Shown here: in pieces, positions 37,971-48,096 of the stretch
How positions within the stretch are numbered: the first letter of the stretch is position 1
Layout of the letters: each line of letters begins with the position of its first letter
Assembly (NCBI GenBank): GCA_965237805.1
Contig: OZ250153.1
Span: 1,312,001-1,376,000, forward strand
Source: Gammaproteobacteria bacterium
GTDB taxonomy: Bacteria; Pseudomonadota; Gammaproteobacteria; JABABF01
Direction of reading: 5' to 3'
DNA: 64,000 bases
Notes under the pieces: generated by a model
What the model saw: the letters and a program-made list of their open reading frames with translations, nothing else
Told to the model about the DNA's origin: nothing
The model's database searches: none
Translations under genes and position numbers: made by a program

Positions 37971-38068
37971 TGTCTCTAATTGACAAATAACTCACCTCTC
38001 TCGGCACAGCCTTTGAGGCGATGCAGGGAGCCGATCGACCAAAATCGATACAGGCGACTAATAAGTAT

Positions 38069-39064
38069 ATGGCAGATTCAATCGGCGCGTCAAGGAGACG
38101 GGCGTCGTCACAGCACGAGTCCGGCAGTCGGCGCACCGCTCAGCTGCGCTCTATCGAGGATGCGTTGCGCTACTTGGGGCTGTTGCCACTACCCTTGCTC
38201 TATGCGCTGATCGGCCCTCTTGCGTTGCTGTTCCTCGTGCCACAGCCGTGGTATTGGCGGCGAATCTTTGGCAATATGCGCTATGTTGAGCTGGGTTGCT
38301 CGCGCCGCCACATGATCTGGGTTGGCCTGCGCCGCGCCCTGTATTTTGGCGAGCAGTTGGCTGAATGGCTGCGCACACCGTGGGTCGACACGGCGCTCCT
38401 GACCAGTCGCAGGGCACCGTTGTCGCCGGAGGTGCCGCGGGTGCTGGCCTCGCAACAGGGGCATCCTGGTCCGGTATTCCTGCTGGGTTGCCACCAGGGC
38501 AGCTTCCTGTGGTCGATGCTGGCCGTGCGTTTCCATTTCGCCCCTTGGCTCCAAGCGCCAGCCGTTGGCATTTTCCAGCGTCAGCACGGCCTCAATTTAC
38601 GCAATCTGCTATGCCGCTACGACCGGCAATACCGGGCTGATTTCTTGGATTCCGGACGACCTTTTATGCGCTGGCTGGCAGCTCGGCGCCGCACCGGCAC
38701 ACCCAGCTTGGTGTTCGCGCTCGGCGACAACGCCGCCATGCCAGACAGTCTGGCAGGGTCTATCGTGCAAGTGCCGATGCTCGGCGGAGAGCGTTGTTTG
38801 CGCCGTGATCTCGGTGCGGTGGCCGTCAACGTGGGTGCGCCGATCTTTTTTTTGCACAGCCGCCGGATCGGGCTCGGCCATTATGAAACATCGCTGGAGC
38901 TGATTGGCGAGCCGCCCTATGGCAACGATGGTGTTGAGCGGGTGCTGCGCCGCTATGCGGAGCTCACAGCCAGCGCCTATGCCGAGGCGCCGCAGTTCAG
39001 CCAGCTGCTATTGAATAACCCCCGTCGTTGGGTGCCGCTTGAGCTGTCTGGTTGCAAGGGCTGA
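38069..39064 (+). CDS. LpxL/HtrB-like lysophospholipid acyltransferase family protein, divergent
   Basis: LGLLPLPLLY N-terminal anchor, FLLGCHQGSF, R..LGHYE and AY.EAP.. C-terminal pattern. Confidence 0.6.
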   Translation: MADSIGASRRRASSQHESGSRRTAQLRSIEDALRYLGLLPLPLLYALIGPLALLFLVPQPWYWRRIFGNMRYVELGCSRRHMIWVGLRRALYFGEQLAEWLRTPWVDTALLTSRRAPLSPEVPRVLASQQGHPGPVFLLGCHQGSFLWSMLAVRFHFAPWLQAPAVGIFQRQHGLNLRNLLCRYDRQYRADFLDSGRPFMRWLAARRRTGTPSLVFALGDNAAMPDSLAGSIVQVPMLGGERCLRRDLGAVAVNVGAPIFFLHSRRIGLGHYETSLELIGEPPYGNDGVERVLRRYAELTASAYAEAPQFSQLLLNNPRRWVPLELSGCKG

Positions 39065-39085
39065 GTGCGCCATGCTGGCTGCCCG

Positions 39086-39859
39086 CTATTCCGCGTTGTA
39101 GGGCGGGCCGCTATATGTCAGCCAATGATTCTGTGCCCAGCCAACCTTGCCGAAGCCCCGCCGGAGCCCTTTGCCCCACCAGCCCTCACGACAGACCTCA
39201 TCCGGCAACGGACGGCCATGAAATACCACAATGCGTACATTGCTGGGAAGTGCGCGAGTACGGCACAGGAAATTCCATGGCGGGGAGTGCATCAGATCCG
39301 CCTTGAAGCTGAGGCATAAGCCTTTGGGCCAGTACGCCAACCCCTGCGCATGCGTGACCAAAAAACGCTGCTCATTGCGAAAGCTTGTAAAGGCGGCTTC
39401 TGGGTCGGCCATAAAGGCGTGATAAATCTGAGCCTGGGCACCTAGGTCAAAGGCGAATACAGAAGAATTCCCCCCCACCTGATCCCGTCGCATCAGGCGG
39501 TGCCCAATTTGCGCCCATTCTCTAATGATCAGTAGTGGTTGTTGCGAGTCAAAAAAAACATCGAGACTACCTGTGATCACAATGTCCACATCCAGAAATA
39601 AAACACGCCCTTCGATCTGATGCAGTGCGGGCGCAAAGACGCAAAGCTTTTGCCAGCCGCCATGTGCCAGACGCTCTGGCGACAAGCCGATATCGGGCAA
39701 AGGATAGGCTTCGATAGAGCGATCCAAGCCGCTGTCATCATCGGTCAAACAAATGAAACGAAATGGCTGCTCCAAATTAGCTGACACTGCACGGTAAAGG
39801 ATATTGACATAATCCGCAGAATACGCTGTCCCCCATTTCATACACAGTACTGTTGCCAT
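39086..39859 (-). CDS. Glycosyltransferase (GT-A fold)
   Basis: CMKWGT.YS.DYVN.L, FICLTDD, LFLDVDIVI, NSSVF, VVFHGRP.P. Confidence 0.85.
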   Translation of the reverse strand: MATVLCMKWGTAYSADYVNILYRAVSANLEQPFRFICLTDDDSGLDRSIEAYPLPDIGLSPERLAHGGWQKLCVFAPALHQIEGRVLFLDVDIVITGSLDVFFDSQQPLLIIREWAQIGHRLMRRDQVGGNSSVFAFDLGAQAQIYHAFMADPEAAFTSFRNEQRFLVTHAQGLAYWPKGLCLSFKADLMHSPPWNFLCRTRALPSNVRIVVFHGRPLPDEVCREGWWGKGLRRGFGKVGWAQNHWLTYSGPPYNAE

Positions 39860-39861
39860 TG

Positions 39862-42180
39862 TCAGCGCCGCCACCCAGCTTGGTTTTCAAGCAGTTTCAG
39901 GATTCTTTGGAACCGTGCGAAACTGTAGATCATTGCATAGCAGAATCCTTGCAATCCCCCGAAAATACAGCCACGTATAATATAGAACTTTACAAAAAAT
40001 ATTGGCATTTCAAAGAATAGACGCCAAGACAGTACTCGCAACGGCTTGGAGATCCGTTGTTGCTCCAGATCGGAATACGCGTTCTCTTTTTCTGCTACCT
40101 GCCATATCGACCTGACCGCGATATGAAACATACGACCTTTTAGGGTTTTTATTTTAGAGCCCGTGCGATCTAATCCTTCCACCACTGTTTCGCTGTTATA
40201 GTCGGTTTGGCGGCTATCATAAAGTCGTGGGAAGTGATGGCGTTTCATAAATGTGCGATTCTCAATTCTCCCTAAATACACATCATTGCGCCCGAGTGCA
40301 TAGGCGGCTTGCTCTGGCTTGCCATCCTTGAACAGCTCTCGAATGGATTGGATGAGTTGTTGATCGAGCCACTCGTCAGCATCCAAATGGAGTACCCATC
40401 CTCTGGGAATTTGTGTCGTCGCAAACTGTTTCTGTTTCCCATAACCTTCCCAATCATGATGGATGACGCGTGCGCCGTAAGATTCAGCGATGGCTTGTGT
40501 GCCATCGGTTGAGCCGCTGTCGATCACCACGATCTCACGCGCCAATGATTGCATAGACGCCAAAGCGCGACCGATCCGATCCGCTTCGTTATAGGCGATG
40601 ATATAGCCGCAAAGTGCTAAGGCAGGCAGCGCTTGCAAAGCCTCGGCAGACAGCGGTGGGAGTGTGGGGCGCTGCGCCTCATTTTCCGTCCACCCCAGTT
40701 TCTTTTCAATCTCCATCGCTGTGCGCAAGAAGCGCACATAGGCTCGAATCATAGAGTAAGCAAAGCCTTTCTGCCCGCCGAGGATATGGTGCCTCAGAAA
40801 ATAATGTTTCAGAAAACATTGGGGGAAGTTACAGAACAATGACATGATTAAAACAGGCAAAGATCTATCGCGCATACCGACTCTGGCATAGTGCATCTCT
40901 TTTTGCACCATATGGCCAACTTTGCGCGCATGCGCATGGTATAACACGCCATTTAAAGTGCCTGTTTTACCTGCTGGTCGTGACACAGATGTGTGTAAAG
41001 GAATGGCGGTGAAACGACTTTTTCTCCGATCATATAGTCTGGGCAAGTGCTCTAAATTCATATGCCAGCGCATCGCCCGATCACCAAAGTAAATGTCTCC
41101 GCGTCGTAAGCACCACACGGGCTTGTCGGGATCGCCATGTGCAAATAGACGGCGTATACTTCCCACCAGTTCTATATCCAACCATTCATCGGCATCTATG
41201 TTGAGTAGCCAGTTATTGCTGCACTGATCTTCGGCAAATCGTTTTTGTGGGCCATCGCCGCTCCATTCTTGGTGAAACACTTTTGCGCCATAGCTTTCCG
41301 CGATTTTTACCGTCTCATCCGTTGATCCACTATCGACCACAATAATTTCATCCACGAGCTGTCTGACAGAAATCATAGCTCGCTCTATGCGATCGGCCTC
41401 ATTGTGTGCGACGATGAAGCAAGAAATCGGCAAAGATGTTGTCATATCTGGCCACGACGGAAGGGTTGCTTTGCGCTTCCGAATAGAATTGCGTAGCCTC
41501 TGAACAACGTTTGGCTTGCGCCAAAATATTTCCGAGACATGACGGTGTTTCCCAATATCTTGGACACCGCCATTCTCGAGCGCGGCCACATGATAGCCCA
41601 GTTCCTTTGCGTGGATAGAGATGTTGGCCTCGTTCAGATGCAGACGAAATGGGCCGAGCCGCTCGTAGTCCGATCGGCGCCTCAGTCCCGGATTAAAGGA
41701 ATAGCCATGCCAAATTGGGTGTGTGGTGGGATCGATGGGGCGATAGCGAATCGATTTATGCTCAACCAATGGCACATCGATGATGCTGACAGCGCCTTCT
41801 CGGGGGTCTCTGATCAACACCTGAACCAGTTCTTTGAAATCCTCCAACAACACCAAAGAAGGCTTGATAAAACCAGATTTGCTGAAGTGCCAGTCATCCT
41901 CACAATGAAAGATATACGGGGTGGTGACACGTTGATATGCGGTGTCGATGGATGGTAATTGTCCGCGCGGTATTGCATTGAAGATGACATCGAATTGCGC
42001 GTTCTGGAACTGCTCGAGCACCTGATAAACAGCGGGGTCTCCCGAGTCTTCTGTAAGGATAAAATGATCGATCAACTCGGCATCATCGTGGCTGAAGAAA
42101 CTCTTCAGTGTTGTCTCCAAAAGATCGAAGCGCCCACAAGATGTCAACACTAAAGTTATTTGCTGATGGGCTGGGTTCAT
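39862..42180 (-). CDS. Three-domain GT2 glycosyltransferase fusion
   Basis: Domain 1 LTSCGRFDLL...FHCEDDW...SFNPGL; domains 2 and 3 each NEADRI...DSGSTD.T...DADEW (KdtX/WaaE-like). Confidence 0.85.
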   Translation of the reverse strand: MNPAHQQITLVLTSCGRFDLLETTLKSFFSHDDAELIDHFILTEDSGDPAVYQVLEQFQNAQFDVIFNAIPRGQLPSIDTAYQRVTTPYIFHCEDDWHFSKSGFIKPSLVLLEDFKELVQVLIRDPREGAVSIIDVPLVEHKSIRYRPIDPTTHPIWHGYSFNPGLRRRSDYERLGPFRLHLNEANISIHAKELGYHVAALENGGVQDIGKHRHVSEIFWRKPNVVQRLRNSIRKRKATLPSWPDMTTSLPISCFIVAHNEADRIERAMISVRQLVDEIIVVDSGSTDETVKIAESYGAKVFHQEWSGDGPQKRFAEDQCSNNWLLNIDADEWLDIELVGSIRRLFAHGDPDKPVWCLRRGDIYFGDRAMRWHMNLEHLPRLYDRRKSRFTAIPLHTSVSRPAGKTGTLNGVLYHAHARKVGHMVQKEMHYARVGMRDRSLPVLIMSLFCNFPQCFLKHYFLRHHILGGQKGFAYSMIRAYVRFLRTAMEIEKKLGWTENEAQRPTLPPLSAEALQALPALALCGYIIAYNEADRIGRALASMQSLAREIVVIDSGSTDGTQAIAESYGARVIHHDWEGYGKQKQFATTQIPRGWVLHLDADEWLDQQLIQSIRELFKDGKPEQAAYALGRNDVYLGRIENRTFMKRHHFPRLYDSRQTDYNSETVVEGLDRTGSKIKTLKGRMFHIAVRSIWQVAEKENAYSDLEQQRISKPLRVLSWRLFFEMPIFFVKFYIIRGCIFGGLQGFCYAMIYSFARFQRILKLLENQAGWRR

Positions 42181-42270
42181 CTGTAGTTTCTTTGGCTTTG
42201 GCCCAATGTTGGTGTATACGGGATGTATGATTGGTTCGGATGTATTGCGGGGAAGAGCTGGGTTGCCCCT

Positions 42271-42594
42271 TTATCGTTCCAGATATTTGAGTTTATCTTT
42301 GACATCTGTCCACTCTGCGGCTTCGAGCAGAGGGTCTTTTTTCTCAGTGATATTTGGCCAAGTTTCAGCCAACTCGGCATTCAACGGCATGTATTCCTTC
42401 AGCTCCTCCGGTAGGTCGTCTTCGGCGAAGATGGCTTCGACGGGGCATTCGGGAACACACAGGGCACAATCGATGCATTCGTCTGGGTGAATGACAAGAA
42501 AGTTGGGACCTTCATAGAAACAGTCCACCGGGCACACGGAAACGCAGTCCGTATGCTTGCATTTAATGCAGCTGTCGGTGACGACAAAAGTCAT
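42271..42594 (-). CDS. fdxA: 7Fe ferredoxin
   Basis: [51 protein letters not shown]. Confidence 0.96.
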   Translation of the reverse strand: MTFVVTDSCIKCKHTDCVSVCPVDCFYEGPNFLVIHPDECIDCALCVPECPVEAIFAEDDLPEELKEYMPLNAELAETWPNITEKKDPLLEAAEWTDVKDKLKYLER

Positions 42595-42740
42595 TTGCTC
42601 TTCCTCTACGCACAGCGATCTCCGGCAATCATAGCCCCCCCAAGTATTGCCCTTGACGGCGTACGCCACATACGATAGCGCGCCGCGATTATACCACTCG
42701 CCCCCGGTGGTGCCGACTGTCCCGCTGGCTCTGCGCCAGA

Positions 42741-43340
42741 CTAGCAGGGAGGGTTGGCGATGATGGTGTAGTGGAGGACGACGGCACCTGGCGGATTGCA
42801 GATGAATGTGCCGCCGCAGGACAGGCTAAAACCCGCTGGGCAGTAGGTGGCTCGGTAGACGAAGTGCACGCCACATTGATCCCATGGGCACGGGCCGGTC
42901 GGATTACCGTAGGCATCCGTACACTGCCGGTAAGAACCGCCGACCCAAGTCCAGTCTCGATCCTTGACTTCGCAGACTGCCAGTGCCGGGTCATTGGGCA
43001 CCCGTGCGAGGAAACTGTCGAATTCCGTCTTGCTGCCTAAGAAGACGGCGATGTCTGCGTCGTGGTTATTGATGATCCGCCACGGGTAGGGCTTGGGTTC
43101 GATATAAGGCGATAGTGCCCAACGTGCGACCACGGTGCCCGAACTATGAGCTGGCACGCGCATGATGTCGACATCGTCGGGGAAGTTCCCGCAGTCCAGA
43201 TAGATGCTTCGAGACAAGGATTCTGGGCAGGTCCATGCCGCCGATGGCGCGCCCCTTAGTAGCAACGGCAACAGGGTGCCGAGTGCGCTCAGCACCAAGG
43301 CGGTCGCCACCATGTGCATGAATGATGCATTGCGGTTCAT
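42741..43340 (-). CDS. Secreted Cys-rich hypothetical protein, last gene of the pil operon
   Basis: Hydrophobic N-terminus; about ten Cys; ATGA overlap with the pilV-like gene. Confidence 0.6.
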   Translation of the reverse strand: MNRNASFMHMVATALVLSALGTLLPLLLRGAPSAAWTCPESLSRSIYLDCGNFPDDVDIMRVPAHSSGTVVARWALSPYIEPKPYPWRIINNHDADIAVFLGSKTEFDSFLARVPNDPALAVCEVKDRDWTWVGGSYRQCTDAYGNPTGPCPWDQCGVHFVYRATYCPAGFSLSCGGTFICNPPGAVVLHYTIIANPPC

Positions 43341-44032
43341 GGTGCGTAGATGAAGCGCTGGGCGCGGAATTCTGTCACTGAGAGTTGATCTGCCTCGACG
43401 ACATCAGCGCTCAATCTGCCCGTGCCGTCCCGGTTGCGCACGCTCACCACTGCCTGCCCGGTGGTGCTGATCGATTGGGTGTTGGCGATGGCATGTCCAC
43501 CCAAGTCCAAGTGGCCGGTCATCGGTCGCGAACCGTCTAGCGGCAACAGCGACAAATGCGTGTTCTCGGTGCCTGGTCCGGGCACGATCACGGTGACAGT
43601 TGCGCTGACCACAGAGGCCAAGGGTCGCAATAGCTGTTGCAGCTGTAGCGCCTGTGCGTCGCTGTCCACTTGGGTGACGATGGCCAGCTGGCGCTCCATG
43701 AAAATCTCGATGCTGTAGGGATTTCCAAAGCCGTTGCGGTTGACCAAACTGCCCTCCAGCCCTAGCGCCTGCTCCATGACGTTCAAGTCCGTCGGCCAGT
43801 GCTGGTGCTGTTGGTAGTATGAGATGGCCAGCTCCGCCACCAGCTTGGCACCGGCAGCCGTTTGCTCTATCGCTTGGCTTTCCAAGCGGCGCTGCAGAGC
43901 CGGATAGTAGTAGCTGGCCAGCAGCGAGAGGATGCCCAGTACCGCAGATAATTCCAGCAGGCTGAAGCCCGCCACGCGACGGTAGCGCAGCGCTTCAGTG
44001 CAGAGCACAGACATCGCTATCAGCACTCGCAT
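43337..44032 (-). CDS. pilV: PilV-like minor pilin / tip protein (shufflon-N-type)
   Basis: G|FSLLE prepilin site, NGFGNPY, DGSRPMTGHLDLGGHAIAN; start uncertain. Confidence 0.65.
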   Translation of the reverse strand: MRVLIAMSVLCTEALRYRRVAGFSLLELSAVLGILSLLASYYYPALQRRLESQAIEQTAAGAKLVAELAISYYQQHQHWPTDLNVMEQALGLEGSLVNRNGFGNPYSIEIFMERQLAIVTQVDSDAQALQLQQLLRPLASVVSATVTVIVPGPGTENTHLSLLPLDGSRPMTGHLDLGGHAIANTQSISTTGQAVVSVRNRDGTGRLSADVVEADQLSVTEFRAQRFIYAP

Positions 44033-44432
44033 ACTGACGCAGAAATTGCCGCTGGTGGCTCGCGCTGGGTAGCCGTTTGGCCACTGGTAGCGGCAATTTC
44101 AGTGCGCCACCATCGGCTTTGCCCTGGAAGCGGTTCGCCAAGCGTTGGGCGTGGCGTTGGGCGACGCCACGCAACTCGAGATGTCCGGCACCACCGGTAA
44201 ATAGCGTTGCGCTCCAGCCATGGTTGGCGCGGCTAGAGACCGCTGGCAATACCAGCGGCACGTTGCTCGCCGTGCCGACACAGTGTTCGAGGTAACTGGA
44301 GCGAGCCGATACCAGCACCGCTTCCAGTGCGGCCACCTGCTCCAAGTAGACGGCCTCATCCTGATGCCGTAGCCAGATCGTGCCCAGCAAGCTGCCGATG
44401 CCGAGTGCTAAGCCGAGCTCAGCCATGTTCAT
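43995..44432 (-). CDS. Pilin-like protein without a leader peptide
   Basis: Starts MNMAELGLALGIGSLLG (Glu at +5); ATGA overlap with pilS. Confidence 0.6.
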   Translation of the reverse strand: MNMAELGLALGIGSLLGTIWLRHQDEAVYLEQVAALEAVLVSARSSYLEHCVGTASNVPLVLPAVSSRANHGWSATLFTGGAGHLELRGVAQRHAQRLANRFQGKADGGALKLPLPVAKRLPSASHQRQFLRQYASADSDVCALH

Positions 44433-44914
44433 CGGGCCGTGACCAGCACGGTGTTACTGCCTGTGTTGCAGCTGATGCTCTGCTGGTTATTGACCATGCC
44501 GTCAAGCGTGTTGCTAAGCCGTTGGCAGGTGGCGGCGTTGTTCGCTACGATCGAGAGATTGAGCAGCTCGTTGTCGCTGGTATCGGCGACCAATGTGTAG
44601 TTGAGCCCCCACGGATTCTCACCGCTACCAGTGAGGATTGGCGCTGTCGAATAGCCGCTGCTATTCAACGTATTGATGCTGATGCTGGAGAAACTGCCAT
44701 GATCCGCACGGTAGGCGGATGATTTGGTCAACAGCAGGATCGCATCGCCGATGACGCGTTGTATTTTTGCTTCATGGCTGATGCTGTTCCCTTTGGCGTA
44801 AATACCGGATACCAGTAGTGAGACGATCAACAACACGAGTCCCAGCTCGATGAGGTTGAGCCCACTCTGGTGTGCGGCGCGTGGTGGATGGAGAGGGTGG
44901 GTGTGGGGGGACAT
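44429..44914 (-). CDS. pilS: Type IVb major pilin, PilS-like
   Basis: AAGGAG RBS; 18-aa leader ...QSG|LNLIELGLVLLIV; NPWG; C-terminal Cys pair. Confidence 0.75.
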   Translation of the reverse strand: MSPHTHPLHPPRAAHQSGLNLIELGLVLLIVSLLVSGIYAKGNSISHEAKIQRVIGDAILLLTKSSAYRADHGSFSSISINTLNSSGYSTAPILTGSGENPWGLNYTLVADTSDNELLNLSIVANNAATCQRLSNTLDGMVNNQQSISCNTGSNTVLVTAR

Positions 44915-44966
44915 GGTGTTCTCCTTGCGTTGCGGCGCGGTGGTTGTGCCCGTAGTCAACGCATCC

Positions 44967-46001
44967 TTAGTGAGGGATGGGCGTTGCATAAATGGTGTCG
45001 ATGATGCCGTAGCTGAGCAGTGCGGACAGGCCGATGCACAGGCTGCAGAAAAGTCGGCCACGGCGCTGGCAACGGGCGCGGAAATCCTTTTGCACGATGT
45101 CCGCGAGCCGGGTGAAGCTGTGGCTGACCTTGCCCGGCCATGCCTCGCATAGCACTCCCAGTGTTGAGTGATGAGGGCGATCGAGTAAGGACTGGCCGAA
45201 GGCCTCGGACAATGCCGCACCACCGGCGATTGCGGTACGCACAGCGTGTAGCCGATGGCGTTTGTAGCGACCGTTATGGATGCGTAGCAAAGTGTTGACC
45301 GCTTCCAACGGGGGCAGTCCGATCTCCACCAAGCGGGCGAATTGAGGCACGAGCTGGCTGCTGAGATAAAAACGGTAATCGGAAAACGGTGGCCATTCGT
45401 CCAAGTGGTCGCGCAATGGCCCGATTTCGTGGCGCAACAGTAGGATCAAGGCCAGTGCCAAGCCCGTGACCACCAGCGCTGCGCTCAATCCATGCTGATC
45501 TAAAAAGCCGCCGACGGCGAAGATGATGCGCCGTCCGTCAGACAGCTCACTACCCAGCATACTGTTGAACAGGGTGCGTTTTCGGTACAGAAAAACTGCG
45601 ATGAAGCTCATCACGCTGAGGGTCAACAACCAGCGTAGATTGCCGAACACAATCAACCGCCACGGTGAATCTTCGCGGTCGCGGTAGCCGCGAAGAGCCA
45701 GTTGCAGCAGGCTGTTTGCCTCCTGCCGTTCTTCGCCGGCGATCAGCAGTGCGACCGTGTCCTGGGGGAAGCCACCGATTTCCCTATAGCCAGAGGCGAA
45801 GGGCACGCCGCGGCTGAGATTTTGTAGCGAGCGCCTCGCCAGTTCGCGTTCGATACCCGACAGGGGGTGTCCCGCCAACAGTTCAAGCGAATTTCGCAAT
45901 GGCAAGCCGCTACCCGTCAGAGAGGCCAGCCGACTTAGGAATTCCGCTTGCTCCAAGCGACCGAATGCCAAGCGGCCAAACGTCGACCCGAGCGCCGTCA
46001 C
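44967..46001 (-). CDS. pilR: Pilus inner-membrane platform protein (PilR/GspF family)
   Basis: FLSRLASL..SGLPL..SL repeated as FARLVEIGLPPLEA; transmembrane segments. Confidence 0.8.
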   Translation of the reverse strand: MTALGSTFGRLAFGRLEQAEFLSRLASLTGSGLPLRNSLELLAGHPLSGIERELARRSLQNLSRGVPFASGYREIGGFPQDTVALLIAGEERQEANSLLQLALRGYRDREDSPWRLIVFGNLRWLLTLSVMSFIAVFLYRKRTLFNSMLGSELSDGRRIIFAVGGFLDQHGLSAALVVTGLALALILLLRHEIGPLRDHLDEWPPFSDYRFYLSSQLVPQFARLVEIGLPPLEAVNTLLRIHNGRYKRHRLHAVRTAIAGGAALSEAFGQSLLDRPHHSTLGVLCEAWPGKVSHSFTRLADIVQKDFRARCQRRGRLFCSLCIGLSALLSYGIIDTIYATPIPH

Positions 46002-47503
46002 GACTCTTGCTCCAGTGGTGGAAAATAGCGCTCAATGGCATGGAGATCCACCTGCCCGGCCAGTAATTTTTCACGTGCGTGGTCGCGGCGGCTGGCGATG
46101 CCGCGAGCGCGCATGTGGTCTCGGATGCCGTCGAAGTCGCGCTGCAATAACAGCTGCCGCAGCTCGCGCCCCACCGGGAGTACTTCGGCGATCACCGTGC
46201 GACCTGAGAAGCCACTGCGACAGTTCTCGCAGCCCGTGCGGTTGCGCCGCCAAGCAGTGGCTTGGGGAGTGCCGAACAAGGCGTCTGAGCGCGTCCGGAA
46301 GTGGCTGTCGATACGCTCTGGGCGGCGGCAGTGTGGGCACAGTGTGGGCACCAGATATTGGCCGACCAAGAGCGTGAAAAAACCCGGCAGATGGAAGTGC
46401 CCTCCATCCATGCCCAACTTTTCCAAACGTGCGGGAATGCCAGCAACGCTGTCGGCGTGTAGCGTGGCGATGACCGCGCGCCCCTGCAGCGCCATGTTTT
46501 CGGCGTAGCGCGCTGTCTTGGCATCGCGGATTTCAGCCAGCGCCAGCAGGTCTGGGTCTTGGCGCACCGTGCAGGCCAGCAAGCTGTCCAGTGACACATC
46601 GCTGTGTAAGATTGACAGGTCGATCTGAGAGACTAACGGCCACTGCATTTCTACCGGATCTTCTATGGACAGCACATGGCGCTCCACCGGTAGTGCGCCG
46701 AGTAGGCTACCGACCGTCGTCGACTTGCCGGAGTTGGTCGGGCCACTGAACAGTAGCAAGCCGGAATGTCGCCGCAGAGCTTCGCCGATCGCGGCGATCT
46801 GCTGGCGGTTGTAGCCAGCCTCTGCCAGCGTGATGCGCATCTGGGGGTTGCGGATGCGCAACACAATCGTGCAACCACGCACCTCCGGCATCAGGTTCAG
46901 GCGTACCCCGTAGCGTTGTGCAGCATGGTGGAAATGGAAGGCGCCATCCAGTGGTAGATGTTCGTTGAAATCGCCACGAGAACGGGAAAAATGGTTGAAT
47001 AGCGTGCGTGCGAGGCGCAGGCCGACCGCACGGCTATAGGTCTCGTAGCCGACCAGCGAACCGTAGATGCGGAACAGCACATAGGCGTTGCGCTCCCGCA
47101 CCCGCAGGTGCACATCGCTGGCATCGGCGAGGATCGCATCCTCTAGGATTTTGTCGACAGCTTTGGTCGTGCTGGTTGCGCTGGGGATTTCTGCAGCCGC
47201 TTGGTTGGCGTGGTGCTGCTCTAACTGCAAGTCGCGGAAAGAATCGAAGACCGCCCGATTGACCAACTGCACCTGTGGCGGATTCTGCAGGTAGCGGCGC
47301 AATAGCCGCTCCAGTGCCTGCGTGTTGCGCGCCCGGGGTTGATCGGTGTAGATGGTGCGCCCATCCTCACTGACCAAATAGTTTTCGTCGAGATGTAAGC
47401 ACAGCCACTTGACAACTTCCGGTTGTCGGCTGGGGCTGATATCGCGCAGTGTGTGCGCCGACACGCTGGCGTCTGCGATTTTGCGGCTGCCGCTCGCTTT
47501 CAC
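45998..47503 (-). CDS. pilQ: Pilus assembly ATPase (PilQ/GspE family)
   Basis: ASDVHL, GPTNSGKST, IEDPVE, RQDPD...AEIRD, TLHA, CPHC/CENC. Confidence 0.92.
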   Translation of the reverse strand: MKASGSRKIADASVSAHTLRDISPSRQPEVVKWLCLHLDENYLVSEDGRTIYTDQPRARNTQALERLLRRYLQNPPQVQLVNRAVFDSFRDLQLEQHHANQAAAEIPSATSTTKAVDKILEDAILADASDVHLRVRERNAYVLFRIYGSLVGYETYSRAVGLRLARTLFNHFSRSRGDFNEHLPLDGAFHFHHAAQRYGVRLNLMPEVRGCTIVLRIRNPQMRITLAEAGYNRQQIAAIGEALRRHSGLLLFSGPTNSGKSTTVGSLLGALPVERHVLSIEDPVEMQWPLVSQIDLSILHSDVSLDSLLACTVRQDPDLLALAEIRDAKTARYAENMALQGRAVIATLHADSVAGIPARLEKLGMDGGHFHLPGFFTLLVGQYLVPTLCPHCRRPERIDSHFRTRSDALFGTPQATAWRRNRTGCENCRSGFSGRTVIAEVLPVGRELRQLLLQRDFDGIRDHMRARGIASRRDHAREKLLAGQVDLHAIERYFPPLEQES

Positions 47504-48096
47504 GGCGCGGACTCAATGGCGGAGCCAGCCCAGTGCACACGGTGCGCTGGGCCGCCCGCGACAGGTTCCAGCACGGCGTGGTCGATGCCGATTTTGCGCA
47601 GTCTGTGAGGGATGCCCCCCAGTTGTATGGTATCGCCAACATGCGCTGTCACATAGCGTGCGCCGATGTGGAAAATCACTTTGCTCAGCTGCTGTGAATC
47701 GGTTGGTTGCAAAAAAGCCAGCACGATTTTTTCCGACTGCAGACGGGGTTGTTGTCGCGGTGTCGACGGATGGTGGGGAGCGGGTTCGGTGCGGGTGACT
47801 TGGGGCGATGGGAGATGGCGCAGAGCGGTGCGCAAATGCGCAGTGTCAGGCGATGTCCCCAACAGCGCCGCCGCTAATTCGGCTCGGCTTGAGAGTTGCT
47901 CGACGGTTTCCACCAGCGACTGGATGCCGCGTAACAATTGGAGGTCTTGATCTAGGCGCGACTGCAGCCGCCCGGCAGCGATGCGGTACTCGAGCGCCTC
48001 GGCTGCCACTGTTTCGGTGTCGGTGAGTGCCTCGGTGCGGGCGCTAACTGGATATAGCAATAGTGCGATGAGCAGGGTGAGCGGGGGGCTTTTCAT
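47500..48096 (-). CDS. PilP-like periplasmic pilus protein
   Basis: Signal peptide, coiled segment, Pro-rich linker, small beta C-domain; position between pilO and pilQ. Confidence 0.55.
   Translation of the reverse strand: MKSPPLTLLIALLLYPVSARTEALTDTETVAAEALEYRIAAGRLQSRLDQDLQLLRGIQSLVETVEQLSSRAELAAALLGTSPDTAHLRTALRHLPSPQVTRTEPAPHHPSTPRQQPRLQSEKIVLAFLQPTDSQQLSKVIFHIGARYVTAHVGDTIQLGGIPHRLRKIGIDHAVLEPVAGGPAHRVHWAGSAIESAP

Noticed and set aside
42600-43400. Shufflon downstream of pilV
   Set aside because: No sfx-like repeats, inverted cassettes or Rci recombinase seen.
44915-45223. N-terminal extension of the pilin ORF
   Set aside because: It overlaps pilR; a clear AAGGAG RBS precedes ATG 44914.
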